A stretch of DNA of 32,000 nucleotides, taken from NCBI RefSeq assembly GCF_000020025.1, contig NC_010628.1, forward strand, positions 3,660,001 through 3,692,000, in the 5' to 3' direction. This DNA is from Nostoc punctiforme PCC 73102. Its GTDB lineage: Bacteria > Cyanobacteriota > Cyanobacteriia > Cyanobacteriales > Nostocaceae. The position numbers and the translations under genes were made by a program. A model generated the notes under the pieces. That model was not told the origin of the DNA and searched no databases. It was given only the letters and a program-made list of their open reading frames with translations. Every line of letters starts with the position of its first letter. Positions within the stretch are counted from its first letter, which is position 1. Of this stretch, positions 1 through 10,277 are shown in pieces.

Positions 1-114
1 GCGCGTCTGAATTTCTAATCCTTAATTGCAGAAAATCTGCCCATAGGTAATGCTAATAAAAAAGTATTGCAATTAAGCTTACAAAGTAACGCCTAATTTT
101 ATACAAATTGCTAT

Positions 115-1413
115 ATGGTAGATATCTATATTATTGACCTATTTGTAATTGGTCTACTTCTGCTGATGGTAACATTAGGGTCAGGTTGGATTACTCGCCT
201 ACCTCTTTCTTTTGCCATTATCTACCTAATAGTTGGTATTTCTCTAGGGCCTTATGCTTTTGGACTGATTCAATTACGTCGAGATGAAGTTTTTAATGCC
301 GAACTACTGGAAAAAATAACAGAGCTTGTAGTAATTATTTCTGTGTTTAGTTGCGGCTTAAGAATTGTTCGTCCTCTAAGATTAGGGGTTTGGGATATTA
401 CGGTGCGATTGATTCTATTTTTGATGCCCATTTCAATTTTTGCTCTGGCTGTTGTGGGTAAATTATTTTTAGGCATGAATTGGGGAGAAGCAATTTTATT
501 AGGAGCAATTCTTGCACCGACAGATCCGGTATTAGCATCAGAAGTACAACTGACTGATATAAATGACCAAGATGAGTTGAGATTTGGTTTAACTTCTGAA
601 GGTGGGTTAAATGATGCTTTAGCTTTTCCCTTCGTTTACTTTGGTCTTCATGCCTTAAAAGATGACAACTGGGGTAACTGGTTTAAACAGTGGGTTGCAG
701 TTGATTTAATTTGGGCGATCACAGTTGGTATTATTATGGGAATTGTTGTTGCCAAATCTATAGTTTGGATTGAAAAGAAAATTCAAAAACGCCGTCCTGC
801 CGATAAGTTAATGGAAGATTTTATTGCTATCAGCACAATCCTTATAACTTATTCCTTAACAGAAATGGTGAATGGCTATGGATTTTTGGCAGTATTTGTG
901 GCTGGCTTAGTTGTCCAACGCAGTTACAGAAATCCTGAAAAACCGCTAGCACAATTGGAATTTATTGAGCAAGTTGAAAAGCTGCTGGAAGTTGGAACAA
1001 TTTTACTATTGGGTTCAATATTGTTGCTAAAGCCAATACTCAATTATGCTATGCAATCTTTGCTAGTAATAATTTTGTTATTCTTAATAATCAGACCTGT
1101 AGGAGTTTGGATTAGCACCATAGGTAAACGCCCTTTAGACTCACGCCGCCGAACCTTTCACGCAGAAACTCGTTGGTTATTTGGATGGTTTGGTATTCGT
1201 GGTGTCGGTTCTTTATATTATCTCGCCTATGCTTTTGGTAATGGTTTAAAAGGTGAACCTGCCGAACAAATTGCTTGGATAACTTACACCACTATTGTAG
1301 CTTCTGTGATTATTCATGGCATTAGTGCAACTCCATTAATGAAGTGGTATGAGCGCAATTTTGCTAATCGGAGAAAGACGACTCCCCCCGACACAATTGA
1401 TGAATTTGAATAA
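115..1413 (+). CDS. Cation:proton (Na+/H+) antiporter, CPA1/NhaP-like
   Basis: 432-aa ORF that is hydrophobic throughout, with about 10-12 predicted TM segments. It has the exchanger-family motif region ILGAILAPTDPV and a short basic cytoplasmic tail. Confidence 0.85.
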   Translation: MVDIYIIDLFVIGLLLLMVTLGSGWITRLPLSFAIIYLIVGISLGPYAFGLIQLRRDEVFNAELLEKITELVVIISVFSCGLRIVRPLRLGVWDITVRLILFLMPISIFALAVVGKLFLGMNWGEAILLGAILAPTDPVLASEVQLTDINDQDELRFGLTSEGGLNDALAFPFVYFGLHALKDDNWGNWFKQWVAVDLIWAITVGIIMGIVVAKSIVWIEKKIQKRRPADKLMEDFIAISTILITYSLTEMVNGYGFLAVFVAGLVVQRSYRNPEKPLAQLEFIEQVEKLLEVGTILLLGSILLLKPILNYAMQSLLVIILLFLIIRPVGVWISTIGKRPLDSRRRTFHAETRWLFGWFGIRGVGSLYYLAYAFGNGLKGEPAEQIAWITYTTIVASVIIHGISATPLMKWYERNFANRRKTTPPDTIDEFE

Positions 1414-1557
1414 ATAAATTGTAGGGTGCGTTACGCTAAAGTGATAACATACCTTACAATTCAATTTTATAAACCTGTGGCTCCAAATCGTATATAGGCT
1501 TTTAATTTTACTTACCAAAGCTAATACGTAAAGGGTTAAGGGTTAGGTCTATACTCT

Positions 1558-1947
1558 TTATTTACCTGTCACCTTTTCAATAACTTCTTTCGCTTTCTCA
1601 CCAAAAGTTTCTGGGGGATTTTGTTCTTGTTCAGCCTTCAAATTTCTTTCGTAAGTCTTTTCTATAGTATTAAGATTCTTTGAATCTTTTATCGCTTGCT
1701 CATAAGCTTTTTGTCTTTCTTCTTCTTGAATACCAACACCTGGATCGTATTCGTTAGCGCGATTAATTTTTTCTTCAGAATTTGGTTTAAACTCTGGGGG
1801 TACTAGCTTCAATTCTTCAAGAGTAGTTGCATAACTAGCTTGCTGAACGAATATAAATGAACCTGATAAGCTAATGGAAACCATCAAGCAAACAACCAAA
1901 AAGCTTGAACTTAACGCTTTTTTTAAAGATAATAGAATTTTTTGCAT
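1558..1947 (-). CDS. Small exported protein, K/E-rich, unknown function
   Basis: 129-aa ORF with an N-terminal signal-like hydrophobic segment (LVVCLMVSISLSGSFIFV) followed by a charged, low-complexity region. No recognisable family. Confidence 0.5.
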   Translation of the reverse strand: MQKILLSLKKALSSSFLVVCLMVSISLSGSFIFVQQASYATTLEELKLVPPEFKPNSEEKINRANEYDPGVGIQEEERQKAYEQAIKDSKNLNTIEKTYERNLKAEQEQNPPETFGEKAKEVIEKVTGK

Positions 1948-2209
1948 GGAATAATACTCCTAGTTTTCTCTGATGAGCCTTGGTCGTGTATAAATACATT
2001 CAATATTTAAGACTCACAGGCATCCTAAGTGTTTAGGTACAGTTCTTCCTTCTACCGCAGGGTATATTAATTTTTACCTATAGTTCAGTTAATCTTATCT
2101 GAACCTTTTAGGAGCTAGTGTAATCTTCAAATTGTCATGCTTACCCCTAGATAAATGCGCTCATGTTGCCCACTCCATAAGATTGGGTAACTTATTTGTT
2201 GGAAATCTC

Positions 2210-3316
2210 TTATAACCAACTGTGATTAATTTTAATTCCTCGGCTTTGCATTACTTCTTCAAATAAATCTGTTGGGAGTGCTTCTTCCACAGCAAAAACA
2301 CCTGGTTTTTTGAGTTTACCTTCTAGCAATAATTGGGCAATACTTCCTGTGCCACAACCAGAAGCTAAGGCTGTATTTTCATGCACTACAGTTGAACAAT
2401 AAACGGCAGTTTTTCCATCTTTTTGCCCTGTCACTTCTGAACGAACTGCTACCCCAATTCCACTAAAGTTATTAGTGACATCTGTCATCGAATGGCTGAC
2501 ATGAGACAGAAATTCAATCATGTAACGACGCTGCATTAACCACTTGGGAAAAATGTGTGCCGCAATCCAAGTTAGGTGATTGTAAAAGTCGGGAACAGAG
2601 CCAAACTTAGTAATTACAGTTTTTACTGATGGGAAAGCTTTGGGCAGTGTAAAGGTTTCTGGCATATCAAACCAGTAAACTCCACTGCGTCCATAGGGAG
2701 GGGGAAACTCAACTAATTCTCTTTCACTATAAGGCTTGATGACCTGCCATTTCCCATCTATCCAAGTTTCAAAAGGATACTGCAACCCCAGAAAAGTTGT
2801 CCGCATGACTGTAATGCCAGCACCGCCAGAACCCGAAACTAAATAACTTAAATGGATGTTTTCTGGTTTATCAAACTGTTCAACACCTTGACGTACCATG
2901 CTGTTAGAAATACCAGGAAAAATACCAGTATTAATAATTGCCGTCACACCAGCAGCAGCAGCTTGTTCGCTAAAATTAAGAGCTTTGCTGGTATAGGAAC
3001 GATGGTCGCTGACATCTACATAATTAACGCCTTGAGCAATACAGGTTTCGAGAACATTAGTATCTCGATAATGAAATGGCCCAGCACAATGGATGACTAA
3101 GTTAGAGTTTGCGATCGCATTTTGCAACTTGTCAACTTCTACCAAGTCCAATACCAAAAACTGCACTTGTCCACCTGAAGACAAGCTGACAGCCTTCCCA
3201 AACTCCGCAGAACGTCCGGTAATTGTAATTTGAGCCTGCGTATGGTTAGCGAGATCCTGAGCAACACTGCTACCAATCCGCCCTCGTCCACCAAGAATTA
3301 AAACTCTGTCTGTCAT
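2210..3316 (-). CDS. Saccharopine dehydrogenase-like NAD(P)-binding oxidoreductase
   Basis: 368 aa. N-terminal Rossmann motif VLILGGRGRIGSSV. Length and the C-terminal half resemble the saccharopine dehydrogenase (Sacchrp_dh) family. Confidence 0.8.
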   Translation of the reverse strand: MTDRVLILGGRGRIGSSVAQDLANHTQAQITITGRSAEFGKAVSLSSGGQVQFLVLDLVEVDKLQNAIANSNLVIHCAGPFHYRDTNVLETCIAQGVNYVDVSDHRSYTSKALNFSEQAAAAGVTAIINTGIFPGISNSMVRQGVEQFDKPENIHLSYLVSGSGGAGITVMRTTFLGLQYPFETWIDGKWQVIKPYSERELVEFPPPYGRSGVYWFDMPETFTLPKAFPSVKTVITKFGSVPDFYNHLTWIAAHIFPKWLMQRRYMIEFLSHVSHSMTDVTNNFSGIGVAVRSEVTGQKDGKTAVYCSTVVHENTALASGCGTGSIAQLLLEGKLKKPGVFAVEEALPTDLFEEVMQSRGIKINHSWL

Positions 3317-3434
3317 TACTCCAGATTCGCAACACTAACCTTATTTCACCAGTTTTACGTCCTGTTTGCCATCGGTTATAAGTATGATTTATAGCATTTC
3401 ACGGAGTTATGTAAAGTAGCACAGATATGCGCCT

Positions 3435-4949
3435 TTACATTTGCGATTCGATTTGCCTGACTACTGTCAGCGCTGAATAACTCACCCCAGCAGTACCTTC
3501 GCCTGGATGGGTGGAGTCACCTACTAACCACAGATGCTGGATTGGTGTACGATTGGCAAACCCAAAGGGGCCAAAGGTGGGTATTCTTTGACCGATGCCA
3601 CCAACTATACCGCGATCGCGGGCTGTAAAATGGGCAAAAGTGCGTGGTGTTGCCGCTTCTTGATGAATAATCGTTTCTGGTTTGAGATAGAAGTATTGGG
3701 CAAGACGAGCGATCGCTTCTTGGGTAAACTTTTCTTTTAGTCCTTCATAATCTTCAGTCTCCCACCACTGTGCAGGATCGACAAATGAAGAAGCAATAAT
3801 TGTCGCTTTCCCTTCTGGTGCGCGACCGTCTCCAGGATGACTGACAGAAACAAACAGGGAATTATTCTCGCCAATGGGACCATTGACATCGTACAAAAAT
3901 TGTAGGTGGGGAGGACACCCAGGCGGAATCGCGCTAGCATCTACACCTAAATACACCACAAACGCACCCGATGCTTGGGGTAGTTTTTCCACCCGGTTTT
4001 TATATCCAGATGGTGCTTGTTCTCCTAATAACTGCACCAAGTTTTGCACGGTGACGTTGCTAACTATGTGGTTGGCGGCTTCTGTCCAGACTTCGCCAGT
4101 TTTCTGATTTCTAATGACTACAGCAGTAGCTTTGCCGCTTTCTACTTTGATTTCTTCTACAGTGTGGCGCATCAACAATTTGCCGCCATCTCTTTCTAAG
4201 GATTGTACCAAGCGATCGCTTAATACCTGCATACTTCCTTGGAGGTGAAACAATCCTTGGGGCAGTTGGGATACACTCAACGCTGTGGCGGCGTAAAGTA
4301 ATGCTGTTTGTTCTGCATCTACCTGGGAGTATAGCTTTAGTTGCAAATCTAAAAAAGTTCTCAGTCGTTGGTCATTTCCCAATCCACATAACCGTAAAGC
4401 ATCTCCCACCGTAAACAAAGTGAAGGGTACGGTAATTAATGTACTGGGACGCACCGCTTGCGCTAGTTGCCACAAATCCCATAAATTACGTGGTGGTAGC
4501 ACCGGATCGCGTCCTTGAAATTCCCAACTGGCATCAAATAAAGTTGCCATCAATTGCCAAAACGGTTCGCTACCGGGGAACTGTCTTTGTCGTTCCTCTT
4601 GCCATTTCTCTTGGTCGCGCCAGACATTAATTGGTGTGCTTTCCCCAGGTAAATACACTGCACAAGCAGGATCGCAAGGCGTTGCTTGCGGTAAATCTAT
4701 TGACAATTCTGAGAAAATGCGGTGGTGAATTCCCCCTGGTTCCAACCCCGCCACCTGAGTTGCTCCCACATCAAAGGTAAATCCCTGCCGTTTAAACGTC
4801 GAAGCACAGCCTCCTGGTACAAGGGCCTGATCCAAAACTAAGACGCTGTAACCTCTATGAGCTAATAATGCTCCAGCTGTAAGTCCACCTATTCCGGCAC
4901 CGATAACAATGACATGAGAGTTACTTTTGTCAAGAGAAATGCTGGACAT
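3435..4949 (-). CDS. FAD-dependent oxidoreductase, phytoene desaturase / carotenoid isomerase family (CrtD/CrtH-like)
   Basis: 504 aa. N-terminal dinucleotide fold VIVIGAGIGGLTAGALLAHRGYSVLVLDQ...PGGC and C-terminal GDSTHPGEGTAG, both typical of the CrtI-family amine-oxidase fold. Confidence 0.8.
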   Translation of the reverse strand: MSSISLDKSNSHVIVIGAGIGGLTAGALLAHRGYSVLVLDQALVPGGCASTFKRQGFTFDVGATQVAGLEPGGIHHRIFSELSIDLPQATPCDPACAVYLPGESTPINVWRDQEKWQEERQRQFPGSEPFWQLMATLFDASWEFQGRDPVLPPRNLWDLWQLAQAVRPSTLITVPFTLFTVGDALRLCGLGNDQRLRTFLDLQLKLYSQVDAEQTALLYAATALSVSQLPQGLFHLQGSMQVLSDRLVQSLERDGGKLLMRHTVEEIKVESGKATAVVIRNQKTGEVWTEAANHIVSNVTVQNLVQLLGEQAPSGYKNRVEKLPQASGAFVVYLGVDASAIPPGCPPHLQFLYDVNGPIGENNSLFVSVSHPGDGRAPEGKATIIASSFVDPAQWWETEDYEGLKEKFTQEAIARLAQYFYLKPETIIHQEAATPRTFAHFTARDRGIVGGIGQRIPTFGPFGFANRTPIQHLWLVGDSTHPGEGTAGVSYSALTVVRQIESQM

Positions 4950-5536
4950 TGATTAGTTTCTTTAAATTTCTTAACATTTTTACTCATAATTTTACCTTCT
5001 TTGCGCCTTCTGTGCCCACCGTACCTTGACTCTTAAGTAACCTACGCGCAGCCTTTGATAGATTCTGTTTTATACTTTGCTCTTTGCTTTTAAGGTGTTG
5101 ACTTTAAAGTGGTAAATTTTGAGGATCGTAAAATCCTGCGATCGCTAGTAAGAGAGACACAACCAACAACATCACCAATACTGCTCGGTTAACCATTTTT
5201 AACTCGGCATTGGTTTTGGGGAAAAGGTTAAAGGGAAAAGGTTAAAGGTTTTTTCTTTCCCCTTTCCCCGCCCCTTATCCCCAAAGGAGACCCCACCTTC
5301 CCATTTTCCCCAAAACCCAGACAAGTATTGACAACATCACTATCCCCTCCAAGAAATCACCTTCAGCATGATGATATAGATACTTGCGTTGCAGTACATT
5401 CAGAGAGTTTTTTCAGCTTCAGTAATTTCAGGTAATCCTTCAGATCAGTGTGAGCTAAATTTGGGCATAATTTTTATCTAAGTCCCAATATGACTCTCAA
5501 TGGAATGGCACTAAGAAAAACCGAAACACTTGCGGT

Positions 5537-6500
5537 TTAAGCAGTTTGCAATTGTTTGCGTAATTCATGCCGGGGTTTGCTCATTAAGGGGTAAGCTTTC
5601 GGGCGACGTTTACGGACTCGTGGTTCATTTCTCGCAGGACGGTCGGGAACAGCCTTGTGAGCGATAACTTTAAGTTGCATTGCAATAAATTTGAAGACGT
5701 TTTGTTGAAGTTGCGGCTAACAATTCGGGAATAAAGTTATTTAAATGATGGCGAGTACCTTGCAGTGATAGGCGCAATGGAGGAGTACGGTAAGTAGTAC
5801 CTGACGACCACATCAAACCACGAAGTAGATTGTAAGCAAGCAAATAAACATAAATTTCTTTGCGTACCATTGAAGGAGTTTTACAGCGTAAAACATCCAT
5901 TTCCAGAGTAGTTTTTAGATGTCTCAAATCTATTTCAACATCCCAACGTTTACCGTAAAGCCCAACAATATCCAGAGTTGAATAAGTTGTTATATCTAAG
6001 AGAGTAGTAATTAAACTAACTTGTTCAGTACGAAAGCCAGGAACAACAATGTAATAATAAATTTCTCGTAGATTTATGGTTAAAGGTAGAGCATAAAATT
6101 CATCTTTACTCAATCCCTTTGGACATTTTTCAGGCTTATACTAAGTTACCAGCTTGTCACAACTTCCAACAATTTTACCTTTACGCATGGACGTTTTTCG
6201 AGCTTGACAATAAGAACTTGTATCTGTTGATGGAAGTTCTACTTCTTGTCCAGCCAAATAAGAAATGACTTTACTTACTGTATTGTGACAACTTTTATCA
6301 GTATCCAAAACCTGAGACAAAAACGCCCAAATCGTTACTATTGGGTCAAACAATTGTCGATAATATCTAATTTTTAGTTCCTTCATGGCTTGCTCAATTA
6401 CACTTGTTGGTAATAGCTCTTTAAAAGGTAATCCCAAGCTTTGACCAAATTTATCAAGAGAGAATTTGTACTCGTAGTGTCACAGTAGATTTATGTTGTT
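5537..6500 (-). pseudogene. IS4-family DDE transposase remnant (frameshifted, internally deleted)
   Basis: Three pieces lie in different frames. The N-terminal piece (6141-6437) reads ...FDPIVTIWAFLSQVLDTDKSCHN...SSYCQARK. The catalytic C-terminal piece (5670-6113) carries YGKRWDVEIDLRHLKTTLEMDVLRCKTP..VRKEIYVYLLAYNLLRG, the Y-(2)-R-(3)-E-(6)-K region. The tail VIAHKAVPDRPARNEPRVRKRRPKAYPLMSKPRHELRKQLQTA ends at the stop at 5537-5539. The segment between CQARK and the C-terminal domain is far too short, so the central DD region has been deleted. Confidence 0.7.
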
Positions 6501-6639
6501 GGCTTATTCGTATCAATGAAAGTATTTCATGAACGAGTAAGCTTTTCCTATCTCTAAAAAATTTTTGAACAACTTGTACATCTTTGCACTGCTTCTGTCA
6601 GGCACAGCGATCGCAGTACTGCATCAAAGATAATTGCCT

Positions 6640-7412
6640 GCCCCATACCAAGACCTTCACCCTTCAATAGCTGTAGCGCCTATCCCACATAGCTTAGAGC
6701 TTTTCTTACTGCCATTCTGCCATCAACCTTAATACCGTTATGCGTTTACCTTAAGCATTGTTTTGGAAGCTGTACGGGTATCGGTTTTATTGATTCAACG
6801 AGTCTCAAAGTTTGTCATAATCGTCGGATTGCTCGACATAAAGTATTTGAAGGACTAGCGGCACGTGGCAAGACTTCTGTGGATTGGTTTTATGGTTTCA
6901 AGCTTCATATTGTTGTCAATGAACTAGGTCAACTCTTAAATGTAACTCTCACCCCTGGTAATATTGATGACCGTCAACCAGTTCCCAATTTACTGAGTGA
7001 GCTTTTCGGGAAAATTTTTGGCGTTAGCGAAGCTTACCGTTCGCGTAGCGTCTCGCAGAGAAGGTATCGCGGATATGTTTCTCAGAAACTAGCCGATCAA
7101 CTTTTAGAAGACTTTGGCATTCAATTTTTTGCCAAACCCCGTCGCAACATGAAAAACTTTTCTGTTGCTTCTCCATGACAAGCTGTTATCCCGTAAACGC
7201 TCTATCATTGAAACCATTAACGACCAACTCAAAAATATTTCTCAGATTGAACATTCAAGACACCGATAGCGAAGCGGTAGCCGGTACCCTGGCGTCAGTC
7301 CTGTTAATTTTTGCGTTAATGTTCTGTGTGGATTAATTGCTTATTGCCATCAACCTAAGAAACCCAGCCTTCAGATGGAGTGGCTTTTATCTCAAACAGT
7401 TTAACCCGAACT
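6640..7412 (+). pseudogene. IS982-family transposase remnant (5'-degraded, one frameshift, two SDR insertions)
   Basis: Reads ...CTGIGFIDSTSLKVCHNRRIARHKVFEGLAARGKTSVDWFYGFKLHIVVNELGQLLNVTLTPGNIDDR. There is a frameshift near 7155. The sequence then continues ...[28 protein letters not shown] / [25 protein letters not shown]. Insertions of 42 bp (7024-7065) and 30 bp (7267-7296) interrupt otherwise conserved sequence. Confidence 0.65.
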
Positions 7413-7574
7413 CAGGTTAAGTACTTAAACACGTTACTCGATCACATCCAAAATGGCAGGATCGATCCATCTTTCGCGATCACCCATCGTCTACCGTTGG
7501 ATGAAGCACCCCGGGGTTACGAAATTTTCAGAGACAAGAAGGAAAACTGTATCAAAGTTGTACTCAAACCATAA
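7413..7574 (+). pseudogene. C-terminal fragment of a Zn-dependent alcohol/formaldehyde dehydrogenase
   Basis: Only the last ~53 codons remain ([52 protein letters not shown]). The fragment starts directly at the IS982 remnant end. Confidence 0.6.
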
Positions 7575-7713
7575 GGCAGGAGAAAAGACACGGAGAGTGG
7601 GAGAGAAAGAAACAAGTGTATTCATGGTTATTCAGGTAGTAAAAATTACTAAAACTTTCTCTTTGCTCCCTCTGCTTCCCCTACTCCCCAAGATGAAGTC
7701 AAAAGTAAAAAGG

Positions 7714-7767
7714 TGAGCCACTGCGGTGGACGGGAGCACCTGCATAAAGCAAGTGGCGAACCCGAAG
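7714..7767. repeat. ~55-bp small dispersed repeat (SDR), same family as 12995-13050
   Basis: TGAGCCACTGCGGTGGACGGG...AAGCAAGTGGCGAACCCGAAG. Both ends match the element inserted in the IS630 transposase, while the centre differs. Further diverged copies lie near 25974-26010 and 26150-26190. Confidence 0.65.
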
Positions 7768-7883
7768 CGCAAAAGACAAAAGAGAACTGATGAAGTCTTG
7801 AAATTTAATTCTTAATTCTTTTCTTTTTACCTTTTGACTTACTAGCCCCTGCTCCTCCTCACTCATCACTAATTTGGCGATTG

Positions 7884-8902
<1,019 letters not shown>

Positions 8903-9513
8903 ACCACCCTTAGTTGTTAAATATACTGCTGTAGTATTAGTTCTCTTGTGACAACCAACAGTTAAATGTGCGATCGCTCGCCTTAAAGAAGCGATTAGTT
9001 GAGGGTTGGTAATCCAACTGGTTTGTTTGACTCAAAGTTAGATATGGCGACGAACGATTGATTACTTTGCTCGCGCACTGTATGAGAATTGTGGATACCA
9101 ACAGGCGGGCATTGATGAGTACAAACTTAATGGAGTAAATCCTAAATCAGATGAATATACCCAAATGAAATCAACACGAATGAATTTATGTCATTAGACA
9201 TAAACTATTCTCAACCTATTAGATAGATGAAGCTTTCTATTAATTTATTTAAGCTTAGTTGTATTACAGATTGATACTTGTTTTGTGTTATTAAGATTAA
9301 TTTTCTGTAGTTTTGTTGAATTTTTTGTATTTAAAGATAAACAGAAAAATTCGTTACATTAAGCTGAGATGGTATTTATAAGTAAAATAGGAATTAGAGT
9401 ATATTACATCACTATAAAGGTTAAGTATATGTAAGTAAATATTTTTGAAATAACGTAGAATAAAAATTTTTATTTACTTTTTCAATGCCTTTTACAATGA
9501 TTGTAATAAAAAT

Positions 9514-9539
9514 TTAATTATTAGCTAGCTAACAATTAA
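9514..9539. promoter_or_regulatory. 26-bp AT-rich palindrome upstream of flavodoxin (candidate operator)
   Basis: TTAATTATTAGCTAGCTAACAATTAA is self-complementary except for one base pair. It ends 55 bp upstream of ATG 9595. The adjacent ACAATGATTGTAATAAA (9493-9511) loosely resembles a Fur box. Confidence 0.35.
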
Positions 9540-9594
9540 TTATTACTAAATATTTTAATTGAAATAATTTTGCAAATACATAAAAGGAGTAAAA

Positions 9595-10107
9595 ATGTCT
9601 AATATTGGTTTATTTTTTGGTACTCAAACAGGCAATACCCAAACTGAATCAGAAATAATTCAGAAGGAGTTTGGTGGTGATAGTGTTGTAACTTTATATG
9701 ATATTTCACAAGCTGAACCAAGTGATTTCAATAACTACGATTATATCGTTGTTGGTTGTCCTACCTGGAATGTTGGAGAATTGCAAAGTGATTGGGAAAA
9801 TTTTTATGATGAGTTAGATAACATTGACTTCATCGGCAAAAAAGTTGCTTATTTTGCTCCTGGAGACCAGGTTGGTTATCCTGATACATTTCAAGATGCC
9901 CTCGGTATTCTAGAGGAAAAAATTTCAGAAAATGGTGGTGAAACAGTTGGCTATTGGCCTACAGAAGGTTATGAATTCAGTGAGTCTAAAGCTGTTCGTG
10001 ATGGTAAATTTGTAGGTCTTGCCCTTGATGAAGATAATCAATCCGATTTAACAGAGGAAAGAATCAAAGCTTGGGTTACACAATTGAAGCCAGAGTTTGG
10101 TTTGTAA
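9595..10107 (+). CDS. isiB: Long-chain flavodoxin
   Basis: 170 aa. FMN-phosphate loop GTQTGNT. The sequences CPTWNVGELQSDWE and GKFVGLALDEDNQSDLTEERIKAWV are near-identical in pattern to cyanobacterial IsiB. RBS AAGGAG lies 7 nt upstream. Confidence 0.9.
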   Translation: MSNIGLFFGTQTGNTQTESEIIQKEFGGDSVVTLYDISQAEPSDFNNYDYIVVGCPTWNVGELQSDWENFYDELDNIDFIGKKVAYFAPGDQVGYPDTFQDALGILEEKISENGGETVGYWPTEGYEFSESKAVRDGKFVGLALDEDNQSDLTEERIKAWVTQLKPEFGL

Positions 10108-10277
10108 AGCTTTATTCACTAAAATGCTTGTTACCTAATTAGGTAAGTTTGAGAATTCTTTGCCCGTCTCAAAGATGAAACTGCGCGAGAGAAATTACTG
10201 AAAACCATTCTCTAAAACATAACTTGCTTCGGGTTGCCTTTGAAATACTTGGCTCAATTGCCTGAAAAATAGGTTTT

